This document shows positions 44,361-53,300 of a stretch of 56,447 bases of DNA, piece after piece; within the stretch, counting starts at the first letter, position 1, and the number at the start of each line of letters is the position of its first letter. Origin of the DNA: a virus. Taxonomy: Duplodnaviria > Caudoviricetes. Made by a program: the position numbers and the translations under genes. Location: IMG/VR virus record IMGVR_UViG_3300012232_000014, positions 1 to 56,447 of that record, one strand, 5' to 3'. The notes beneath the pieces were generated by a model. The model made no database searches and was not told where the DNA came from. It saw only the letters and a list, made by a program, of their open reading frames with translations.

Positions 44361-46472
44361 GTGCTAAAGCTTCTCGACAACACGTTGATCTTCGATACGG
44401 AGACCACGGGACTCTGGCCGTGGCCTACTGAGTATCGAAAGAAAATGTGCATCAAGCCGGATCGTCCGTTCCTCTTCGTGTTCACGAATCTGGAAGGTGA
44501 CACGGTCACGGTGCGTGCACCGAAAATCAATCCCTACACACGGCGTGTAAGCTATAAGGGTATTGAAGCCGAACTCCGGTGGTTCAAGAAATTCGTAGCC
44601 AACCCCGACAACCGAATTGTCTGCCACCATGCTCGGTTCGATCGAGCCATGACGATGCAGTCCGATATCCAAGCACAGTGGAATTGCCACATCCACGATA
44701 CGCGAGTGATGGCTCGTATCGCCAACCCGACCAACGAACCGACCTTTGCACTGAAGCCGTTGGCGAAAAAGTATCTCGAGATTGACGACGCGGATCTGGC
44801 CGCATTGAAAAAGGGCGTCGCGATCGCACGACGTCAAGCCAAAGCCAAGGGCTGGACCATCGCCACAAAAGAGTCGCACGGTCAACATCCGGCCGAAGCT
44901 GACTACTGGTTACCAGACGTCGAAACACTCGTGGACACCTATGGCGGCACGGACGGTCTGCGGACCGCAGGTCTATATCGGTTCTACCGGAAGTTGTTCG
45001 ATCACAATAAAAAGTTCGGTGGACGGCTGTGGGAAATGTATCGATGGGAACGTCGTACGATGCGAACGGCCATGGAGATGGAACGCGTCGGCATGACGTA
45101 CCATTCGAAGGCCGGACTCGCGTTACGAAAAATGTACACGGCGTACATGCAGGAGCATCGCACGGCTCTAGATCGTCGCGGCTACAAGGATTTGAATCTT
45201 CAGTCACCCAAGCAGTTAGTGAATTTGTTCGTGAACCAACTCGGCTATCATACCGAGCATGAAACGAAGGGTGGGAAATTCGAGCGACCGCAACCGAAGA
45301 TTGATGCCGAGCAATTGATGGTCTGGGCACGCGGATCCGCTGCGGGTGCAGACGTAGACGGTGACGCCAAGGACGGCTGCAGGATCAGTCGGAACGTACT
45401 AGAGTGGAAGGCCGGAAAGAAAGTCATCGAGTACATCGACTCGTACGAATTCTTCAAATGCAAACGGGCAGATGGTTCCACCGTGCATCACCCGGCATGG
45501 GACAGTGCGGGAGCTCGGACCGGACGCTTCAGTTGTCACGATCCCAACGAGATGCAGATCGCGTCCGCAGAGACCAGCCGTCGGCACAGCCACATCCGAG
45601 CACGTCAACGGGAGTGCTTCGGTCCACGTCCAGGGTACTACTGGTACATGCCGGATTATTCCCAGATCGAAGTCTGGGTGTTTGCATTCGAAGCCAACGA
45701 AGAGTCGATGAAGCAAGCATTGCTCTCTGGGAGTGATTTTCATCTCTCGACCGCGCGAGCCGCATGGCATGACCGTGATGATTTCTGTACGTGCGGCCGT
45801 TGGAAGGAAGTCGAGCAGGAGATGCGTCGGAACAAGAAGTTCATCTTGGTCTGGGATGTGGAGAAGACCAAGCACAAAAAGGGATGTCTGATCAAGTGGT
45901 GGCGTCAGCGCGCCAAGATGATTCTGTTCTCGAGACTGTACGGTGGAGGCATCGATAAGATCGCCTTCCTGATTCGCTGCACGCGAAAGGAAGCTAAGCG
46001 GTTCATCGCCGAATTCAACGAGAACCTGCCGGGTGTAAAAACCTACATGCGCGAGACCGTTGATCGTGTGCGAGAGACCGGCATGCTGATCAATCTGTTC
46101 GGTCGAGAGTACCCGATCGATAAGAACTTCGCGTACAAGGCCGTCAACTATCAGATTCAAGGAAGCAGTGCGGAGATCATGAAGCGTGCGACCGTGCGCG
46201 TCAACGATCATCTGCTTGAAAACTATCCCGGTGAGTGGGCCTACGACGAAGACCTGAATGAAGAGTACCACGGCTCACATGTGGCCGGGACTGTGCATGA
46301 CGAACTCATCAGCGAGATTCATCCAGACGATCACAGCAAGCAACTGATGCGTGAGATCGTGCACCTGATGCAAAAAGATTCACACGTCGTCCCGAATCTC
46401 CACGTGCCTCTCCCGGTGGGGATGAAGTGGACGAAGACGAATTGGTCTGAAGCCAAAGAGATTTCATTGTAA
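44361..46472 (+). CDS. polA: DNA polymerase family A with 3'-5' exonuclease
   Basis: ExoI FDTETTG, ExoII HHARFD, ARTGRFS, motif A DYSQIE, motif B RQRAKMILFSRLYG, NYQIQG and motif C VHDEL. Confidence 0.95.
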   Translation: MLKLLDNTLIFDTETTGLWPWPTEYRKKMCIKPDRPFLFVFTNLEGDTVTVRAPKINPYTRRVSYKGIEAELRWFKKFVANPDNRIVCHHARFDRAMTMQSDIQAQWNCHIHDTRVMARIANPTNEPTFALKPLAKKYLEIDDADLAALKKGVAIARRQAKAKGWTIATKESHGQHPAEADYWLPDVETLVDTYGGTDGLRTAGLYRFYRKLFDHNKKFGGRLWEMYRWERRTMRTAMEMERVGMTYHSKAGLALRKMYTAYMQEHRTALDRRGYKDLNLQSPKQLVNLFVNQLGYHTEHETKGGKFERPQPKIDAEQLMVWARGSAAGADVDGDAKDGCRISRNVLEWKAGKKVIEYIDSYEFFKCKRADGSTVHHPAWDSAGARTGRFSCHDPNEMQIASAETSRRHSHIRARQRECFGPRPGYYWYMPDYSQIEVWVFAFEANEESMKQALLSGSDFHLSTARAAWHDRDDFCTCGRWKEVEQEMRRNKKFILVWDVEKTKHKKGCLIKWWRQRAKMILFSRLYGGGIDKIAFLIRCTRKEAKRFIAEFNENLPGVKTYMRETVDRVRETGMLINLFGREYPIDKNFAYKAVNYQIQGSSAEIMKRATVRVNDHLLENYPGEWAYDEDLNEEYHGSHVAGTVHDELISEIHPDDHSKQLMREIVHLMQKDSHVVPNLHVPLPVGMKWTKTNWSEAKEISL

Positions 46473-46481
46473 AGGATACCG

Positions 46482-48653
46482 GTGCCCACATCTACGTCCA
46501 CAAAACTTCGTCCGTTCGAAACTCACGGTGTTGAGTTCACCGGTGAACGTGGTGACGAACGATACGGGACCTGCCCATTTACCGGCAAGGCAGAAAAATT
46601 CTACGTCAACGTCAAGACCGGGTTGTGGGATAGTAAGACCGCTGGACTCTCCGGCAACATCCCACAGTTCCTTCAACAGATTTCCAAACTGTATGTCAGC
46701 CAGATGACAGAGCCGATCCTTCGACGTCTGGCCGATGACCGTAGCTTGCCAACGCTAGCGTTCAAGAATTGGCAGGTGGGTTGGGATGGACGGAACTATA
46801 CGATTCCGATTCGTGATCTGGATGGCAACGTCGTTGACATTCGTATCTATCACCTGGGTCGGAACATGATTTCGACCGGTGGGTGCCATGTCGGACTGTT
46901 GGGAGCCGAGCGTATCGGCCGCAAGTCCGAACCGATCTATCTCTTCGAAGGCGAGTGGGACACGGTGGCCGCGTCGCTCATCATGCAGAAGATCGGGATC
47001 CCCGGAGTGTGCGTAGGCGTGCCTGGTGCCGGCATCTTTAAGCCGGAATGGATCCCGTGGTTCGCTGGACGCATCGTGCACACGCACTACGACAAAGACA
47101 GTGCAGGCGAAGCCGGGGAGCAGCTGATTGATAAACGGCTCGCTGGGGTGGCCAAGAGCGTGACCTACGTACACTGGCCGGAAGATCTCCCGGAAGGGTT
47201 TGATGTCCGTGATTGGATCGTGTATGGGCTGACTAAACGCACACCCAAGAAATCGTGGGCACGACTGACGCGACTGTACGAACCAAAACCACGTGTTCGA
47301 GAATTGCCGCCAGCGAAGCCTCAGACGTACACTCTGAAGAGGAAGAAAGGAAAGCTACGACTCGCATGGAAGAAACCGCCGACACTCGATGATGTGCATG
47401 ATGTGTTTCGGAAGTGGCTGTTCCTCGACAGCACTAACGGTATCGACGTACTGCTGGCGACGATGATTTCGCAGCGACTCGAAGGTCCGCCAGTGTGGCT
47501 GTTCCTCGTGGGCCCACCAGGATCCGCGAAGACCGAACTGATCTCATCGTTACACGATCTGGATGACGTCTATTCCACAAGCACCGTCACGCCGCACTCG
47601 TTGATCTCTGGTGCAAACTTCGCTGGCATGAAACAGGATCCGTCGCTCATTCCGAAACTGAACGGCCGAGTGTTGGTGGTCAAAGATTTCACCGCCGTGA
47701 TGGGTGCGAAGGATCAGGAGAAGGACGAGATCTTTAGCATCTTGCGTGACGCCTACGACGGCTCTTGTGGCAAGGTATTTGGCAACGGCGTTGAACGCGC
47801 CTACGATTCACGGTTCACGGTGATCGCGGCCGTGACGCCGATGATCTACGATGTCGGCACACGGCATGCACAACTTGGCGAACGGTTTCTGAAGTTCAGC
47901 ATGGCCGACAATCTGAACCACCCGGACGAATACGCGATCATCTCGAGAGCGATCGACAACACCGATCGCGAGACCAAGATGAAGAAAGAGATCCGGGACG
48001 TGGTGCGAGAGTTCGTGGAACGCACCTTGAAAGACGTGGTGCTCCCAACGATCTCTCCGGAACTGAAAGACCGATTGATCTGGCTGGGGAAGTTCGGTGC
48101 ACGTATGCGCGGCACGGTGTCTCGAGATTCGTACCGCAACGATGTCATCACGTCCAGGCCGTCAGCAGAAGTCGGTAGTCGGTTAGGGATCCAACTCGCG
48201 AAGTTGGCGCGGTCGTTGGCCATGCTGCACAAACGCGAGGAAGTAAACGAAGACGATTTCATAATCGTGAAGAAGGTGATGCTCGATACCGTGATGCAGC
48301 GCACGGAAGACGTGCTGCGCATCTTGCATCTCGCATGGGATCGCGGACCGGTCTCGACCGTGGAGCTCGCGACCGAGACGCGATATCCGCAAGCCACCGT
48401 GTTGCGGCTGTTGCAGGATTTGCACGTGCTCGATATCGTCGTGCGCACCGGCAGCAGCTACAAGCACAAGTGGCGTGTCTCCGACTACGTGCACGAATGT
48501 ATTACGAATTGCGGCATGTACACCACCGATGAAGAACGGTCTCGCACCACCGGTCTGCAAATCAAATTGCGACGCATGAAAGGTCAGACAAAATTCAAAC
48601 TGGCACGTGTGCTGCGCATGGCGTCCGGAGCGAGCTCTCCGGGGACCTCATAA
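46482..48653 (+). CDS. Primase-helicase (TOPRIM plus AAA+ ATPase plus C-terminal wHTH)
   Basis: CPF N-terminal ribbon, LFEGEWD, YDKDSAG, GFDVRD, LVGPPGSAKT and LVVKDF motifs. Confidence 0.88.
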   Translation: MPTSTSTKLRPFETHGVEFTGERGDERYGTCPFTGKAEKFYVNVKTGLWDSKTAGLSGNIPQFLQQISKLYVSQMTEPILRRLADDRSLPTLAFKNWQVGWDGRNYTIPIRDLDGNVVDIRIYHLGRNMISTGGCHVGLLGAERIGRKSEPIYLFEGEWDTVAASLIMQKIGIPGVCVGVPGAGIFKPEWIPWFAGRIVHTHYDKDSAGEAGEQLIDKRLAGVAKSVTYVHWPEDLPEGFDVRDWIVYGLTKRTPKKSWARLTRLYEPKPRVRELPPAKPQTYTLKRKKGKLRLAWKKPPTLDDVHDVFRKWLFLDSTNGIDVLLATMISQRLEGPPVWLFLVGPPGSAKTELISSLHDLDDVYSTSTVTPHSLISGANFAGMKQDPSLIPKLNGRVLVVKDFTAVMGAKDQEKDEIFSILRDAYDGSCGKVFGNGVERAYDSRFTVIAAVTPMIYDVGTRHAQLGERFLKFSMADNLNHPDEYAIISRAIDNTDRETKMKKEIRDVVREFVERTLKDVVLPTISPELKDRLIWLGKFGARMRGTVSRDSYRNDVITSRPSAEVGSRLGIQLAKLARSLAMLHKREEVNEDDFIIVKKVMLDTVMQRTEDVLRILHLAWDRGPVSTVELATETRYPQATVLRLLQDLHVLDIVVRTGSSYKHKWRVSDYVHECITNCGMYTTDEERSRTTGLQIKLRRMKGQTKFKLARVLRMASGASSPGTS

Positions 48654-48974
48654 CCCGGCCGGACGCCTTCCTTATGGGAAGGCCCACCCCATGGGGAACC
48701 GGCGTAAGTCCCTTCGTTGCTAGGGGTTACGGACGGTTTCCCATGGGTCAGAACCCACCCGTAAGTGACTCAATCCACAGGGGTTACAAGCAAATTGGTT
48801 AGGAACCACGACCTTCCTCCCCATCCCGGCCTATAGGGAGAGGGGCGGTCGTGGCAAGCTGGCCAGTTCTTCAAGGCCTTGGGGCGGTTCCGGCTTCCCT
48901 GAGGTACGCCCTAGGCCTAGGCATGGCCTTAGGTGGGCGATCTCCGGTCTCCCGGAGGTCTGGCTCAGGCCGGG
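48654..48974. other. Palindrome-dense non-coding region where the two arms converge; candidate replication origin
   Basis: Two copies of CGTAAGT-N12-AGGGGTTAC (48703-48730 and 48760-48787); many CCNNGG palindromes. Confidence 0.5.
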
Positions 48975-49256
48975 TTACCGGCCAAGGTCTACCCCTCCGA
49001 TGCGTTGATGATTCGTCCGGCCGAAATAGAATCCAATCACGAGGAAGAATGCGTTCGAGAGGAGCAGAAACGCGGCATCACCTTTCTGATCGTTGAGTGC
49101 GAGCCGTGCGGCGACGTACAGAGTCGCAATGGTAACAGCAATGGCCACGAACGATTGAGTGAGTTCCCAGATACGATTGATCTGTCTCTGGCTCGCAGTA
49201 TGTCGGTCCTCTTCGGTAGTGGTCGTGGGTGGAAGTTCAGGTGTCTGTTCAGCCAT
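48975..49256 (-). CDS. Probable holin (two TM segments)
   Basis: QRQINRIWE, two hydrophobic segments, VIGFYFGR; last gene of the late arm. Confidence 0.65.
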   Translation of the reverse strand: MAEQTPELPPTTTTEEDRHTASQRQINRIWELTQSFVAIAVTIATLYVAARLALNDQKGDAAFLLLSNAFFLVIGFYFGRTNHQRIGGVDLGR

Positions 49257-49263
49257 GATCCTT

Positions 49264-49443
49264 TTATCGCATCCGAGGGACAGGCAGATCCGCGATACCG
49301 AGGATGCCCATCAAGTAGATAATCACGAACACCGCGACGATGACGAGAATGCCGGTCTTGAAAATCGGCGGCATCGGAATGTAGTTCGTGATCAAATAGA
49401 CCACGAAGCCGATCAGTGCCAACGTGAGGATAAGCATCAACAT
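49264..49443 (-). CDS. 59-aa two-TM membrane protein (Thivi_2564-like)
   Basis: Read manually: MLMLILTLALIGFVVYLITNYIPMPPIFKTGILVIVAVFVIIYLMGILGIADLPVPRMR. Confidence 0.75.
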   Translation of the reverse strand: MLMLILTLALIGFVVYLITNYIPMPPIFKTGILVIVAVFVIIYLMGILGIADLPVPRMR

Positions 49444-49444
49444 G

Positions 49445-49660
49445 TCAATCTTCCTTCGGTGGTTTGAGTTTCTTCACCAGATCGAAGAACGGATCCCCCA
49501 TCGCGAGCATCCGTTCTCGTTCCTTGAGATGGGCTTCAGCTAAGGCCTTCGCGGTAGCATCGTCGGCGCGATCCAATACCATGGTCTGGTACAGCACCAC
49601 GTCATCAATCAACTTGGCGATCGCCGCAGCGGCATTCAACGCGGCAGTGAGCGGATCCAT
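49445..49660 (-). CDS. Hypothetical helical protein
   Basis: TAATG coupling to the previous gene. Confidence 0.6.
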   Translation of the reverse strand: MDPLTAALNAAAAIAKLIDDVVLYQTMVLDRADDATAKALAEAHLKERERMLAMGDPFFDLVKKLKPPKED

Positions 49661-50310
49661 TATGGTTGCTCACCGGGATGCTTGGCTTGCCACTCTCCCG
49701 AATGCCGGATCTGATCGACGTACAGTGCGCGAGCATCTGCGGGCGACGTACCCTTGGTCCGTGCCGACAGATACACGTCGAACAACCACGCACCGATCCC
49801 TTCCCAATCGGGCCCACCATTGATCCAGAGTCCATCCGGCCGTTGCAAGCCTTCCGGTGCTTTGTAATAATGATGGAGCCAATCGCCTTCCTGCATCATC
49901 TCCGCGCGACCGGGAAGATTGCACGGACCGGGAGTCGGCGGCATGGGTGTGGGAATTTCACCGCCGAGATGATCTACCGGCGAGACCACGATGAACACCT
50001 GCCCCGTAATATCTCCGGCCGTATCTCCGGCGTGCAGTTGTGGTTCACGTGTGGAACCGTTTTGCCAGTCCCACGCGTACAACTTGTCGTTCACGACATC
50101 CTGGTACGCGATCGCATCTTTGGACGGTGGACGACCGGGATCCGCACGTTTGGTTCCATAGGCTGCACCGAGATCCAGACGTGCTTGTTGCGCCATCATC
50201 AGGGTGAGTGTCCGGCGGTCGTCCTCGCTGCCCTGTGCAAGATCGGTGTGCATGTGATACAACGCGTTGACAATGTCTACGAGTCGTTGTGAGGCTACCG
50301 GTGCTCCCAT
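49660..50310 (-). CDS. Two-domain protein in the endolysin position (candidate non-canonical lysin)
   Basis: AAGGAG RBS; two domains separated by a PTPMPPTPGP linker; upstream of the membrane proteins. Confidence 0.5.
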   Translation of the reverse strand: MGAPVASQRLVDIVNALYHMHTDLAQGSEDDRRTLTLMMAQQARLDLGAAYGTKRADPGRPPSKDAIAYQDVVNDKLYAWDWQNGSTREPQLHAGDTAGDITGQVFIVVSPVDHLGGEIPTPMPPTPGPCNLPGRAEMMQEGDWLHHYYKAPEGLQRPDGLWINGGPDWEGIGAWLFDVYLSARTKGTSPADARALYVDQIRHSGEWQAKHPGEQP

Positions 50311-50320
50311 GATATCTCCT

Positions 50321-53300
50321 TTATGTGATTGACCGACACCGTAACATGCGGAAGGAAAGTTTTTTCACGACGTTCGCTTGTGTGGATACCCCGATGGTCA
50401 CAGCCAGCAGTCCGGCTCCTGATGATCCGGCTCCTGTACCGAGAGGCAAATTGGTATCGGTTCGAGTGATGGTAGTAAAACCGGTCACACCGTCGATCGC
50501 GAACGATGCGGAATCTGGCGTGGATTTAATCCGCATGATATAGACTTTCGACGGGGCGATCGCCGCCATCTGTACAACGGTCGAAGGCGCACCCACGCCA
50601 AGGGGTTGTACCAGTCCCACCCATCCGGTGTCCACTCCACTTCGATAACGAAATGTCACAGCTGCTTGGTTCGTTGGTGTGGCACCAGCCGGTATGCCGG
50701 TGCCTAGTGCTAAGCCCACCCACAATCCAATATTGGTAAGGTCAATCGGTGTCTTGATCTGCATGATCAAATCGAAGGTGCGTTCGAGTTGACGCCATGG
50801 ACCACCCGTCACACCCATGCCAGACGAACTGTTGATGGACGCTGCGGTGTTGAATGTCGCCCACGAAAAATTCGTTGCACCGTTGTCCGTATCAATTTCT
50901 GCGGGATCAAATACTGCAGCCGTACTTAATGCGGACACTACGTTGGTACCGGTATTCTGATAGGTGACGCCGCTGCCTCCTCCGCCATGGACATACACGT
51001 TGGCATCGCGACCGGTGTCTACCGTTCCACTGGCTACAGATTCGTTGATCTGTGTGACCGCCACCACTCCGGAGAGACTGGGCCCACTGTTGGCATTGAT
51101 GATCTTCAACAGCAGATCATTGAGATCGAATTTCACAGATGTGGCGGTCACCGTGTAACGTGGCATTAACGCATCGGATTCGTCATGGATCTGATCAATG
51201 GTGACATCTTGAATTAGGAAGTCACCCTTGACCGGTGGATTGGTCAGGTCTACATGAATGGTGGCACCAGATCGCGTCTTTGGATCACGTGTTGCGTAAT
51301 TGATTCGGATCACCGGCATGGAGAACAGTTCCAACTCTGCGTACGCCCGCATGAATAGTTGGAACGGATTCACCAATGACGTATCGTCGAGTGCGTACTC
51401 GTGTACGCCATCTGTCGGTAGACCGTTCGCATCCAATTCTGCGGATGCAAAGATAGACTGGGACGCGGGATCTTCTGCTTGGAAGAACAGCCGAACATTT
51501 GCTCCGTCTGCTACGGCCGCTGTCAGAGGATCTCGAAGTTGGATACGTCCGGGTCCAGACTTTGCAGTCAACCCGGTATATGCCAACACACGAGAGTCTA
51601 CAAGAACGATGCCACCGGTTGGAGAGAAGAACGCGCAGTCTGCGATCTGAAGTTCACGACCACCAATGATTGCTGCATACACCACGACACTCCCACCGCC
51701 ACGAACGTTCACTCGGTTGCGCACCTGTGAGACATCCAGGTTCATCGTGAGAGGAGGATCATGCAACAACGTGGTATTGCTACTCGTCAGATCATCCGGC
51801 AGATTAAAGTTTTCGAGATACGGCCCATCCGGATTCGGCCAGACAGGAATCTTTGGATCCTCACCAGAGTTAGTAGGGAAGCCTTCGCCAGTACCGGGAC
51901 CAATCTCGGCTTGCGTGGTGGTGTTGTCCGCGAGGAAGTACCACATACGCGTATGTTCCGGAGACCAGTCCGGGTCCACGAAACTTTCCATCAACGCGTA
52001 GGTATCGCCGAAGCCAATCAGCAAGGCCAGGTCGTTAAAGTTTGTCGGCACCGTGCCAAGATCTTGCAGGCGTCTGGCGTCTAACACACCGATGATCCAG
52101 GCGTACTCATCGAACAGGGCATTCCGGTTAACTGAATCCTGAAGTTCCGCGACCACCTGTGAAAACGGTTTTGAATTCGTCTGGCCGAATGACGCGTAGA
52201 TTTTCCGGCCGAGAACCGGTACGCCATTGACGGCGGTACCAATCGGAATGTTGGTGAGGGATGCCGAGAGATTTTCCAAAATGACTACGTTGCTCGCTGG
52301 TGACGGTAACGACTCCGATCCATTCTGATAAACACAACTGACTTTGAACGCCCACGGTCCTCTCGTGTAGGTGGCCACTTCATGACGGCCAATCAACGGA
52401 GGGAACTGCGGACGGTAAACGGTTGCGGTACCCTGAGCCACAGATGGTGCCGGGGTGGGTGCGGCTGGCGGTGCGGCAACTGGAATAGATGGCAGCGGCA
52501 CGCTGGCTGCAATGTCTACCACCGTCGTTACGGAAGATCCACTCGATCCGAAGTTCGTATTGAGAGACACCGTGACGTTGTCAGGGATCTCACAAAACTT
52601 TGCGACTGGTGTGATCTTATCCTCACCGATAAATTGATAGTACAATCGTCGCTTGGTACACGTGTGCGCACCGATCACTGCACCGGTGGGAATGCTTGTG
52701 ATCGTAAACTGTTTCGTTCCCTGCATCCCAACGAAATTCGAGAGTGGGCTGAGTGCCGTTTCGATGCCGTTGTCGTAGACGAACGATACCCACAACGCGT
52801 AGAACCCTTCCTTGAAGGAGAAAACGGTCGTGATGCTACTGCCTTCGGCCAAGGTGACCGGGGTACCGGGACCGGTTAAGAGAATGACAATGAACGAATT
52901 CGTAAGTGGAGGATGGAAGAAATGCAACCGCATCTGGTAGTCAATGTACCAGTGACCACCGCCGATCGCTTCGGCAATTGCATTCAAGCACGCGGAGAAC
53001 TCAAGGGAGCCGTCAAACTCGGCCGTCACCTTTGCCAAGTTCGTTTGCACGTAGGTGGTGAAGTCAAACCCCGGTGCAAACTTCGCGAGTGCTTTCACGA
53101 CGTCACTGGCCGACATGTTCTTGAAACTGCCGACCGGACGGTATTTATTCAACAGCCATGTAAAGTCTTGAGCCGTCGCTGACCATGCAAGTTGACTCGT
53201 GATTTCTTCATACTCTTGATTGACCTGTAGTACCGTACCGGCAAACAGTAATCGGTTACCGTCGAATTCATCTCGGATCTCGATCTTCTCTCCGTATCTC

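Noticed and set aside
44584-46271. Minus-strand ORFs of 248 and 290 aa
   Set aside because: Antisense to polA; no recognisable motifs.
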